Assembly (NCBI RefSeq): GCF_042660085.1
Contig: NZ_JBHSTI010000008.1
Coordinates: forward strand, 1,449,876-1,481,875
DNA length: 32,000 bases
Origin: Longivirga aurantiaca
GTDB taxonomy: Bacteria; Actinomycetota; Actinomycetes; S36-B12; CAIYMF01
Direction: 5' to 3'
This document shows positions 17,790 through 26,240 of the stretch, in pieces. Each line of letters starts with the position of its first letter. The stretch's first letter is position 1. A model generated the notes under the pieces. That model made no database searches. It had not been told where the DNA came from and saw only the letters and a program-made list of their open reading frames with translations. The translations under genes were made by a program, and so were the position numbers.

Positions 17790-18392
17790 GTGCCCGTGAC
17801 GTCGAACGAGACCCCGCTGCGCATCGTCGTGGCCGAGGACGAGGCACTGATCCGGCTCGACCTGGTGGAGATGCTCGGCGAGGAGGGCTACGAGGTCGTG
17901 GGGGAGGCAGGCGACGGCGAGACCGCCGTCCGCCTGGCCGAGGAGCTGCGGCCCGACGTCGTGATGCTCGACGTGAAGATGCCCGTCCTCGACGGAATCA
18001 GCGCAGCGGAGCGCATCGCGAGCCAGCGCATCGCCCCGGTGGTCATGCTGACGGCGTTCGCGCAGCGCGAGCTCGTCGAGCGGGCGCGGGACGCCGGGGC
18101 CATGGCGTACCTCGTGAAGCCCTTCACGCAGGGCGACCTGGTGCCGGCCATCGAGCTCGCGGTCAGCCGCTACGCCGAGATCGTGACCCTCGAGGCGGAG
18201 ATCGCCGACCTCGGGGAGCGGTTCGAGACGCGCAAGCGCGTGGAACGTGCGAAATCGTTGCTGCAACAGGCGTACAAGCTCTCCGAGTCGGACGCGTTCC
18301 GGTGGCTGCAGAAGTCCGCGATGGACCGGCGGCTCAGCATGCGCGAGGTCGCGGACGTCGTGATCCGCGAGGTGGGCGAGACCGGAACGTGA
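17790..18392 (+). CDS. pdtaR: ANTAR-domain response regulator (PdtaR-like)
   Basis: LRIVVAEDEALIRLDLVEMLGEEGYEVVGEAGDGE...VVMLDVKMP...MLTAFAQ...LVKPF plus ANTAR region AKSLLQQAYKLSESDAFRWLQKSAMDRRLSMREVADVVI. Confidence 0.93.
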   Translation: MPVTSNETPLRIVVAEDEALIRLDLVEMLGEEGYEVVGEAGDGETAVRLAEELRPDVVMLDVKMPVLDGISAAERIASQRIAPVVMLTAFAQRELVERARDAGAMAYLVKPFTQGDLVPAIELAVSRYAEIVTLEAEIADLGERFETRKRVERAKSLLQQAYKLSESDAFRWLQKSAMDRRLSMREVADVVIREVGETGT

Positions 18393-18550
18393 GTGATGGG
18401 CCCCGATTCGGTCCGTTAGGTCACGAATGAGCAACGAGGCAGCGACGGACGCGTCCCAGGTCATGCGCGCGTAACAGCCCTCGACTACGTTTCCCCCACC
18501 CCCACACCCGTGCGGTCACGCCCGGGTGCCATGGAAGAAGGAGACACTTC

Positions 18551-19837
18551 ATGACCCGACCCACCCTGGTGCGGTCGCTCGCGGTCGCAGGCGCCTCGGC
18601 GCTCCTGCTCGCCGCCTGTGGCAGCAGCGGCGGCGGCGACACCTCGTCGAGCGCGCCGGCCCCGAGCGAGAGCTCGACCCTGCCCGCGGGCGACGGCACG
18701 CTGACCGTTGGCACCGTGCTCCCGCAGACTGGTTCGCTCGCCTTCCTCGGCCCGCCCGAGTTCGCTGGTGTCGACCTGGCCCTCAAGGAGATCAACGACG
18801 CGGGCGGCGTTCTCGGCAAGCCCGTCGTCAAGATCGAGGGTGACTCGGGCGACACGTCGACCAACATCGCGTCGGCGACCGTCGACTCGGGCCTCGCCAA
18901 GGGCGTCGATGCCTTCATCGGTGCGGCGTCGTCCTCGGTGTCGCTCACGATCATCGACAAGATCACCTCGGCCGGCGCCCTGCAGATGTCGCCCGCCAAC
19001 ACCTCGATCGCGCTGACGACCTACGCGGACAAGGGCCTCTACTGGCGCACCGCGCCGCCGGACACGTTCCAGGGCGCAGTCCTCGGCCAGCTCGTCTCCG
19101 GCGACGGCTACAAGACCGCCGCCGTCCTGGCGCTGCAGGACGCGTACGGCGAGGGTCTCGCGAAGACCTTCACCGACGCGTTCGAGAGCGCCGGCAACAC
19201 GATCGCCTTCAGCAAGATCTACGACCCGAAGGCGGCCGACTACGCAGCCGAGGTGACCGCGGTCAAGGCCGCCAAGCCCGAGGCCCTGGTCGTCATCGGC
19301 TTCGACGAGACCAAGAAGATCCTGCAGGAGCTCATCAAGCAGGGCATCGGCCCGGACAAGCTGCCGCTGTACCTCTGCGACGGCAACATGGGTAACGCTC
19401 TCGCCGAGGGTCTCCCGGCCGGCACGCTGAACGGCGCCAAGGGCACGATCCCGGGCTCGAAGGCCTCGGACGAGTTCCAGGCTGCGCTCAAGTCGATCAA
19501 CCCCGACCTGATCGACTTCTCGTACGCCCCCGAGAGCTACGACGCGCTGAACCTCATCGCGCTCGCGGCCCAGGCTGCCGGGAACGACACCGGCGTCGGC
19601 ATCGCCTCGCAGCTGCAGGCGGTCTCGGCCGGTGGCGAGAAGTGCACCAACTTCGGCGACTGCAAGAAGCTGCTCGACGAGGGCAAGGACATCGACTACG
19701 AAGGCCAGTCGGGTCCCTGCGACTTCGACGCCAACGGTGACCCGACCAAGGCCACCATGGGTATCTACCAGTTCGGTGCCGACGACAAGATCTCGGCTCT
19801 GGACTTCATCCCCGGCGACGTCCCCCCGTCGAGCTGA
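18551..19837 (+). CDS. livK: Branched-chain amino acid ABC transporter substrate-binding lipoprotein
   Basis: Lipobox LLLAACGSS; LTVGTVLPQTGSLAFLGPPEFAGVDLALKEINDAGGVLGKPV. Confidence 0.93.
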   Translation: MTRPTLVRSLAVAGASALLLAACGSSGGGDTSSSAPAPSESSTLPAGDGTLTVGTVLPQTGSLAFLGPPEFAGVDLALKEINDAGGVLGKPVVKIEGDSGDTSTNIASATVDSGLAKGVDAFIGAASSSVSLTIIDKITSAGALQMSPANTSIALTTYADKGLYWRTAPPDTFQGAVLGQLVSGDGYKTAAVLALQDAYGEGLAKTFTDAFESAGNTIAFSKIYDPKAADYAAEVTAVKAAKPEALVVIGFDETKKILQELIKQGIGPDKLPLYLCDGNMGNALAEGLPAGTLNGAKGTIPGSKASDEFQAALKSINPDLIDFSYAPESYDALNLIALAAQAAGNDTGVGIASQLQAVSAGGEKCTNFGDCKKLLDEGKDIDYEGQSGPCDFDANGDPTKATMGIYQFGADDKISALDFIPGDVPPSS

Positions 19838-19856
19838 CGCTCGTACGCTGAACGAC

Positions 19857-19893
19857 CCCACGGCCCCCGGAGCGACGCTCCGGGGGCCGTGGG
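19857..19893. terminator. Perfect 17-bp stem-loop in convergent intergenic region
   Basis: CCCACGGCCCCCGGAGC-GAC-GCTCCGGGGGCCGTGGG. Confidence 0.75.
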
Positions 19894-19957
19894 CTGTCCG
19901 GCCCCCGGAGGCGAGCGCCCCAGGACCGCCGCAGATCGGCCGGCGGAGTCCTGACGC

Positions 19958-19993
19958 GCAGGAGCCCCGGACCATGCGGTCCGGGGCTCCTGC
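19958..19993. terminator. Perfect 16-bp stem-loop in convergent intergenic region
   Basis: GCAGGAGCCCCGGACC-ATGC-GGTCCGGGGCTCCTGC. Confidence 0.75.
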
Positions 19994-20009
19994 GGCGTTC
20001 TCGGGGCTG

Positions 20010-20855
20010 CTAGGCCTTGGCCAGCGTGCCGAGGTAGAGCTGGATGACCTTGGGGTCGGTCGCGAGGTCGCGGCCGGTGCCGGTGTAGGCGTTGCGGCCC
20101 TGGTCGAGCACGTACCCGCGGTCGCAGATCTGCAGGCACCGACGGGCGTTCTGCTCGACCATGATCACGGTGACGCCGGTCTTGTTGATCTCCCTGACCC
20201 GGACGAAGACCTCGTCGGTGAGGGCGGGGGAGAGGCCGGCCGACGGCTCGTCCAGGAGCAGGACGGACGGGTTCATCATGAGCGCCCGGCCCATCGCGAC
20301 CATCTGGCGCTCACCGCCGGACAGCGAGCCCGCACGCTGCTTGCGCCGGTCGCCCAGGGTGGGGAAGAGGTTCGTGACGAAGTCGAACCGCTCGGTGAAG
20401 TTCGTGGGCGCCTGGTAGGCCCCCATCTGGAGGTTCTCCTCGATCGTGAGCGAGGGGAACACGTTGTTCGACTGCGGGACGAAACCGATGCCGCGCTTGA
20501 CCAGCTGGTCGGCGCGCATGTTGGTGATCTCCTCGCCGCGCAGCGTCACAGCGCCCTCGCGGATCCGTACCAGGCCGAACAGGGCCTTGAGCAGGGTCGA
20601 CTTGCCGGCCCCGTTCGGGCCGATGATGCCGACCAGCTCGCCCTCGTGGGCGTACAGGTCGGCGCCGTTGAGGATGTTCACGCCCGGCAGGTAGCCGGCG
20701 ATGACGTCGTCCACGCGGACCAGGGCGCCCTCGGCCTCGGCCACGTGCGCCGTGCGGTCGATCGGCTGCGAGGGGTGCCCGTGGCCGTGGTGCTGCTCGG
20801 CGTCGATGTGCAGCTCGCGCTGGAACTCGCCCGGGTTGTCGGGGGTGACGCTCAT
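20010..20855 (-). CDS. livF: Branched-chain amino acid ABC transporter ATP-binding protein LivF
   Basis: VGIIGPNGAGKSTLLKALFGLV...GIGFVPQSNNVFPSLTIEENLQMG...LSGGERQMVAMGRALM. Confidence 0.95.
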   Translation of the reverse strand: MSVTPDNPGEFQRELHIDAEQHHGHGHPSQPIDRTAHVAEAEGALVRVDDVIAGYLPGVNILNGADLYAHEGELVGIIGPNGAGKSTLLKALFGLVRIREGAVTLRGEEITNMRADQLVKRGIGFVPQSNNVFPSLTIEENLQMGAYQAPTNFTERFDFVTNLFPTLGDRRKQRAGSLSGGERQMVAMGRALMMNPSVLLLDEPSAGLSPALTDEVFVRVREINKTGVTVIMVEQNARRCLQICDRGYVLDQGRNAYTGTGRDLATDPKVIQLYLGTLAKA

Positions 20856-21775
20856 GCCTGATCCTCCGTCCCGCCCGAGGCGGGCGCCTCCGAGGTGAAC
20901 GCCTCGCCGCTGTCGGTGAGCGCCTGGTCGTGGTGCGCGCCGAGGTAGGCGTCGATGACCGCCGGGTCGGACATGACGGTGTCCGGCGGGCCCTCGGCGA
21001 TGACCTGGCCCTGGCCCATGACGATGACCCAGTCGCTGATGTCGCGGACCATGTCCATGTCGTGCTCCACGAACAGCACGGTCATGCCCTGCTCGCGCAG
21101 GTCCTTGATGTGGCCGAGCAGCGACTGCGTCAGCGCCGGGTTCACGCCCGCCATCGGCTCGTCGAGCATGACCATCTCGGGGCCGACCATGAGGGCGCGC
21201 GCCATCTCGAGCAGCTTGCGCTGGCCGCCGGACATCTCGCCGGCGAAGTCCTCACGCTTGGCGTCGAGCTTGAACCGGGCGAGGAGCTCGTCGGCACGCT
21301 CGGTGTTCTTCTTCTCCTGGGCGGACCAGAGGAACGGGAACAGCGCCCGGAAGAAGCTCTCGCCCTTCTGACCGGTGGCACCGAGACGCATGTTCTCGAT
21401 GACCGTGAGCTTGGAGAGGGCCTTGGTCAGCTGGAACGTGCGGACCATGCCCATGCGGGCGACCTTGTGCGGCGGCACGCCCTTCAGGCTCGTGCCGTTG
21501 AACGACCACTCGCCCTCGTTCGGCTGGTCGAACCCGGTGAGCAGGTTGAAGAACGTCGTCTTGCCGGCGCCGTTCGGGCCGATGAGGGCCGTGATGGCGC
21601 CGCGCTGGATCTCGACGTGCTCGACGTTGACGGCGGTCAGGCCGCCGAAGCGCCGCGTGATGCCGTCGACCACGACGATGGCGTCGGGCTTCGGGGAGCC
21701 TGGACGGTTCTCGGCGCCGGCGAGCGCGGCGACCGCCGCCTCCTTGCGGCTTCCGTAGGTGGTGTCAGCGGGCAT
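20852..21775 (-). CDS. livG: Branched-chain amino acid ABC transporter ATP-binding protein LivG
   Basis: ALIGPNGAGKTTFFNLLTGFDQPNEG...MSGGQRKLLEMARALMVGPEMVMLDEPMAGVNP...FVEHDMD. Confidence 0.95.
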   Translation of the reverse strand: MPADTTYGSRKEAAVAALAGAENRPGSPKPDAIVVVDGITRRFGGLTAVNVEHVEIQRGAITALIGPNGAGKTTFFNLLTGFDQPNEGEWSFNGTSLKGVPPHKVARMGMVRTFQLTKALSKLTVIENMRLGATGQKGESFFRALFPFLWSAQEKKNTERADELLARFKLDAKREDFAGEMSGGQRKLLEMARALMVGPEMVMLDEPMAGVNPALTQSLLGHIKDLREQGMTVLFVEHDMDMVRDISDWVIVMGQGQVIAEGPPDTVMSDPAVIDAYLGAHHDQALTDSGEAFTSEAPASGGTEDQA

Positions 21776-22748
21776 CGAGCGCCAGCTCCTTCCGGTCGCC
21801 GAAGATTCCCTGTGGTCGGAAGATCATGAGCATCATCAGGCCGAGACCGACGAGCATGAAGCGGATCTGGCCCACCTGGGTCGTGGTGATGAACGTGATG
21901 ACGCCCTTGGACACGGCCTCGTTGAGCGACTCGCCCACGAACACCAGCAGACCCCAGAAGATCATCGCGCCGACGATGGGCCCGAAGACGCGGGCCGCAC
22001 CACCGAGGATCAGGATCGTGTAGGCGTAGAACGTGAAGTCGGTCGAGAAGCTGTCCGGCTGCACGGACTGGAAGGCGATCGCCGAGACGAATCCGCCGAG
22101 CGAGCCGATGACGCCACCGAGGATGAGCGCCTGCATCTTGTAGCTGTAGACGTTCTTGCCGAGCGAGCGCACGGCGTCCTCGTCCTCGCGGATGCCCTTG
22201 AGCACGCGGCCCCAGGGGGAGCGCATGAGAGACCAGATGGCGAGCGACGACAGAGCGACGAGCATCCAGCCGACGGTGACGACCCAGATGTCGTTCTTGC
22301 TGAAGGTGATCGGGCCGAACGCCACCGGACCGGGGAACGGGTTGAGGTCGTAGAAGCTGTCCGCGAACCGGGTGATGCCGTCCGAGCCGCCGAACCACTC
22401 GCGCAACGTCACCGAGCGCACGAGCAGGCGGATGATCTCCGCTGCCGCGATGGTGACGATCGCGAGGTAGTCGGCCCGTAGCCGCAGTGTCGGTATGCCG
22501 AGGAGCAGCGCGAGGATCACCGACGCGATGAGGCCGACGACCAGGCCGACCCAGAGGCTCCACCCCATGTTCGCGACGCTGACCGCGAGGCCGTACGCCG
22601 CGACCGCGAGGAAGCCCGCCTGGCCGAAGTTCAGGAGACCTGTGTAGCCGAAGTGCACGTTGAGACCGACCGCTGCGAGGCAGTAGATGACGGCGGAGAC
22701 GCCGATCGCCTGCGTCAGGGTCTGGCTGAAGATCGAGTTCCAGTCCAT
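21765..22748 (-). CDS. livM: Branched-chain amino acid ABC transporter permease LivM
   Basis: AAVGLNVHFGYTGLLNFGQAGFLAVAAYG...IPTLRLRADYLAIVTIAAAEIIR; start assigned at MDWNSIF. Confidence 0.93.
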   Translation of the reverse strand: MDWNSIFSQTLTQAIGVSAVIYCLAAVGLNVHFGYTGLLNFGQAGFLAVAAYGLAVSVANMGWSLWVGLVVGLIASVILALLLGIPTLRLRADYLAIVTIAAAEIIRLLVRSVTLREWFGGSDGITRFADSFYDLNPFPGPVAFGPITFSKNDIWVVTVGWMLVALSSLAIWSLMRSPWGRVLKGIREDEDAVRSLGKNVYSYKMQALILGGVIGSLGGFVSAIAFQSVQPDSFSTDFTFYAYTILILGGAARVFGPIVGAMIFWGLLVFVGESLNEAVSKGVITFITTTQVGQIRFMLVGLGLMMLMIFRPQGIFGDRKELALDAR

Positions 22749-22758
22749 GACGACTCCC

Positions 22759-24027
22759 TCACCCGATCCGCTCGCGTCGCCCGAGCAGGCCCTGGGGCCG
22801 CACGAGCAGGATGACAATCAGGATGACCAGCGCGCCCACGCTCTTCAGCTCCGGCGGGATGATCAGCGTCGAGAGCTGGATGAGCAGGCCGACGATGATC
22901 GAGCCGAGCAGCGCGCCGAACGCGGTACCGAGCCCGCCGACCGTGACGGCCGCGAAGATGAGCAGCAGGATCTGCTGGCCCATGTTCCACGAGACGCCCG
23001 AGGTCAGGCCGACGAGGATGCCCGCGAGCGCCGCGAGGGTGGCGCCGAGGATCCACACCGTGTTGATCACGCGCTCGACGTCGATGCCGGACGCCGACGC
23101 GAGGGCCGGGTTGTCCGAGACCGCGCGGCTCGCCTTGCCCATGCGGGTCCGCAGCAGCCAGTGGATCGTCGCGAGGATCGCGATGATCGCCGCGAGCGCG
23201 CCGATGATCGCCTTCGGCGTGATCGACAGCGGGCCGAGCTGATAGCCCGCCTGGGCGCTGTACTCCGGGAACTGCTGGGTGCCTCCGCCGAAGAAGAACA
23301 GGAAGAGGTAGCGGACGAAGATCGCGAGGCCGATCGACACGACCAGCATGGCGATGAGCCCTGTGCCGCGTCGGCGCAGCTGCTTCCACAGGATCTTGTC
23401 CTGCAGGGCGCCGAGGACGGCGCACGTGATGAGCGCGAGCAGGGCGGAGAGGATGAACGGGATGCTGAGGACGGCCGAGTAGAAGTACGCCGCCAGCGCC
23501 CCGACCGTGACCATCTCGCCGTGGGCGAAGTTGGTGAGGCCGGTGGTGCCGTAGATCAGCGACAGGCCGACCGCGGCGAGGGCCAGGATCAGGCCCAGCA
23601 GGAGGCCGTCGACCGTGAGCTGCACGGCCTGCACGGCCTTGGAGGTGGTCTCCACCGTCGACTCACCGGTGGGGAACTGGATCCGCACCTTGCCGAGGAA
23701 GGCGTTCACCGTGCGGGTGTTGCCCGAGTCCGCCGTCAGCGCCACGCCGTCGGGGAGCGTCGCCTCGTCGAGCACGACGGTGTAGGTGCCCGACTTGGGG
23801 GTCTTGATCTCCCAGGCCCCGGCGGCGTCGGTGGTGGCCGTGCCCGAGAAGCCGGAGTCGTTGGTGGCGCTGATCTTCACGCCGGCGACACCCTTGTCGT
23901 TCGAGGTCACCGTGCCGAACAGCACGGGCCCGGACGTCGCGGCCGAGGCCGGTCCGGCCCCCCACCCCAGCATCAGGGTCACCGCAGCGAGCAGGGCGGC
24001 CAGCACAGCCGCAGCGCGTGCGCGCAC
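22759..24027 (-). CDS. livH: LivH-family permease with N-terminal signal peptide and CNA-B/carboxypeptidase-regulatory-like domain
   Basis: GTG preceded by GAAGGAGG; VLAALLAAVTLMLGWGAGPASA, then VLFGTVTSNDKGVAGVKISATNDSGFSGTATTDAAGAWEIKTPKSGTYTVVL, then LAAVGLSLIYGTTGLTNFAHGEMVTVGA. Confidence 0.9.
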   Translation of the reverse strand: MRARAAAVLAALLAAVTLMLGWGAGPASAATSGPVLFGTVTSNDKGVAGVKISATNDSGFSGTATTDAAGAWEIKTPKSGTYTVVLDEATLPDGVALTADSGNTRTVNAFLGKVRIQFPTGESTVETTSKAVQAVQLTVDGLLLGLILALAAVGLSLIYGTTGLTNFAHGEMVTVGALAAYFYSAVLSIPFILSALLALITCAVLGALQDKILWKQLRRRGTGLIAMLVVSIGLAIFVRYLFLFFFGGGTQQFPEYSAQAGYQLGPLSITPKAIIGALAAIIAILATIHWLLRTRMGKASRAVSDNPALASASGIDVERVINTVWILGATLAALAGILVGLTSGVSWNMGQQILLLIFAAVTVGGLGTAFGALLGSIIVGLLIQLSTLIIPPELKSVGALVILIVILLVRPQGLLGRRERIG

Positions 24028-24229
24028 TCGGTCCTCCTTCGAGCGGGAGGGCCGAGGCCCTCTCCGTGCCCGGGGGTATCCCGGGCAGCAGTGCCGTCCA
24101 GCGGACGGTCGCGCCGGAGCATAGCCATGTAAACGGCGTTGCGGGGCCCCCCTCGGCGGACCGTGTCGGCATCGTGCGCACATCGCGACCTTGCGAGCGG
24201 GGAGCCGTCACGTCGCGGACACGCGTCGG

Positions 24230-24976
24230 TCACATGAACGCTGCGACCGCCGCGGTCAGGAGCGGGGCGACCACGAGGGCCGGGAGCATGTCGGCGACCG
24301 GGACGTCGCGGATGCGGAGGAGCCGGAGGGCGACGCCGACCAGCAGCAGCCCCCCGGTGGCCGTGATGGCGGCGATCTGCGCGGCGGGCAGCAGGTCGCC
24401 GAGCGCCAGCCCCACCAGGGTCCAGAAGCCCTGGTAGGCGATCACGGCGAGGGCGGAGGCCGCCACGCCCCAGCCGAGGGCCGCGGCGAAGGCGATCGAG
24501 GCGAAGCCGTCGAGGGTGGCCTTGAGGGCGAGCTGCTCGATCCCGGTCCCGAGCCCGTCGGAGAGCGAGCCGAGGATGGCGAGGGGACCGACGCAGAACA
24601 CCAGCGAGGCCGTCACGAACCCCTCCACGAACCGGTGGCTGCCCGGGGCGTCGTCGCCGCGCACGAGCCGGCGCCGCAGCCAGGCGCCGACGGCCTCGAG
24701 CCGCTGCTCGAGCCCGAGCAGCGACCCGACGACCGAGCCGACCAGCAGCGAGCCGAGCACGATGAGGACGGGTGCCCCGGTGCCTGTGGCCTCGCGCAGG
24801 GCGGGGTCCAGGACGGCGACGGCGGACAGTCCAGCCACCAGCAGGACCACGAGCCCGAGCCCGTCGGTGACCACCTGCCGGGTGCGCTCCGGCAGCCGGT
24901 CGCCGAGCGCGACCCCGATGCCCGAGCCGATCAGGATGGCCACGACGTTCACGAGCGTCCCGGTTCCGGGCGGCAC
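24230..24976 (-). CDS. DUF554 family membrane protein
   Basis: GTG start with GAGGAG upstream; GTLVNVVAILIGSGIGVALGDRLPERTRQVVTDGLGL...VLGSLLVGSVVGSLLGLEQRLE...EGFVTASLVFCVGPLAILGSLSDGL. Confidence 0.87.
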   Translation of the reverse strand: MPPGTGTLVNVVAILIGSGIGVALGDRLPERTRQVVTDGLGLVVLLVAGLSAVAVLDPALREATGTGAPVLIVLGSLLVGSVVGSLLGLEQRLEAVGAWLRRRLVRGDDAPGSHRFVEGFVTASLVFCVGPLAILGSLSDGLGTGIEQLALKATLDGFASIAFAAALGWGVAASALAVIAYQGFWTLVGLALGDLLPAAQIAAITATGGLLLVGVALRLLRIRDVPVADMLPALVVAPLLTAAVAAFM

Positions 24977-25179
24977 GGCGGCTCCTCGCTCGACGGACGG
25001 ATCCTGCGGTGGCGGCGCAGCGCCACGACCGGATCCGTGCCCGGGACCGCCCGGGTGATGCAGATTCTTGCGCGAAGCCCTTGCCGACCGTCGGGGCGGG
25101 GGACCTAGAGTGCTGGACGTGTGACGGGGGGTCACCAGCTGGCAGGGCCTCGGCCCGCGCCGCTCGCCCAGGAGGTGCT

Positions 25180-25794
25180 GTGGGTCGGTCACCCGTCGTG
25201 GTCCGTCCTCTCGCGGCCGCCGAGATCGACTCCCTCGCCCCGCTGTGGGCGGAGTTCCTGGACCAGGAGCAGGCGCCGGTGCCCGGCGGGGTGGACATCG
25301 CCGAGCGGGTCCGCGAGCGCATCCTGGCCTCCGACGGGTCCGTGCACGCGGGCCGCCGTCCCACCTACCGCGTCGTGGTGGCCGAGGTCGACGGAGGCCC
25401 GGTCGGATTCGCGTCGCTCTCCGTGGTCGACCGCGGCCTGCTGTCGTCGACGGGCGCCGTCGTCGTCGACGTCGTCCACGTGAGCAGCTCGTACCGCAAG
25501 CACGGCGTGGGCACCGCGCTGCTGCGCGAGGCCGCGGGCTTCGCCGACGAGGTGGCTGCCGGCGACGTGGTCGTCAACGTGCCGCCGTCGCAACGGGATG
25601 TGAACCGCTTCTTCGCGCGCTACGGCTTCGCGCCCATGGTGGTACGACGTTCCGCCCCGATCGGGCAGCTGCGCCGTCGGCTCGGGGTGGATCCGCGGCT
25701 CGACCCGCGCGACATCACGGTCGACCTGACCCCCGTGCAGCGGTCGCTGCGCCGACGGGTCCTGCTCACGCCGCGCCGCGCCGTGCGGCCCTGA
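25180..25794 (+). CDS. GNAT family acetyltransferase
   Basis: GTG start after AGGAGG; VVRPLAAAEIDSLAPLWAEF...VVVDVVHVSSSYRKHGVGTALLREAAGFA...NRFFARYGFAPMVV. Confidence 0.8.
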   Translation: MGRSPVVVRPLAAAEIDSLAPLWAEFLDQEQAPVPGGVDIAERVRERILASDGSVHAGRRPTYRVVVAEVDGGPVGFASLSVVDRGLLSSTGAVVVDVVHVSSSYRKHGVGTALLREAAGFADEVAAGDVVVNVPPSQRDVNRFFARYGFAPMVVRRSAPIGQLRRRLGVDPRLDPRDITVDLTPVQRSLRRRVLLTPRRAVRP

Positions 25795-25806
25795 CGCGCT
25801 GATCGC

Positions 25807-26217
25807 TCAGGCGCCCGGGCGGTCCCGCAGCAGGCACGTGATGCGGGACGTGCAGAGCCTGCGGCCCGCGTCGTCCACGACCACCACCTCGTAGCTCGCC
25901 AGGGTGCGGCCGAGGGTGAGGGCGGTCGCCGTCCCCGTGACATGGCCGGAGGTCGCGCTCGCGTGGTGCGTGGCGTTGATCTCGATGCCCACCGGAACCT
26001 TCTCCGGCCCGCCGTGGATGGCTGCGGCGATCGATCCGAGGGTCTCGGCGAGCACCACGCTCGCGCCGCCGTGCAGGAGCCCGAAGGGCTGCCGGTTCCC
26101 GGCGACCGGCATGCGGGCCACCATCCGCTCGGCTCCCGCCTCGAGGATCTCGATCCCCATCGTCTCGGCGAGCTCGCCGAGCCCGAGCCGCCTCGCGAGC
26201 TCCACGTTGTCCGTCAT
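25807..26217 (-). CDS. Hotdog-fold PaaI/YbgC-like thioesterase
   Basis: MGIEILEAGAERMVARMPVAGNRQPFGLLHGGASVVLAETLGSIAA...GIEINATHHASATSGHVTGTAT. Confidence 0.9.
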   Translation of the reverse strand: MTDNVELARRLGLGELAETMGIEILEAGAERMVARMPVAGNRQPFGLLHGGASVVLAETLGSIAAAIHGGPEKVPVGIEINATHHASATSGHVTGTATALTLGRTLASYEVVVVDDAGRRLCTSRITCLLRDRPGA

Positions 26218-26240
26218 GGGTCCACCCTAGGATCGACCGC

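Noticed and set aside
16258-19975. Long minus-strand ORFs (529 aa at 16258-17847, 288 aa, 496 aa) opposite the transporter, regulator and livK
   Set aside because: No recognisable motifs, spans a tRNA gene, and lies opposite well-supported coding regions.
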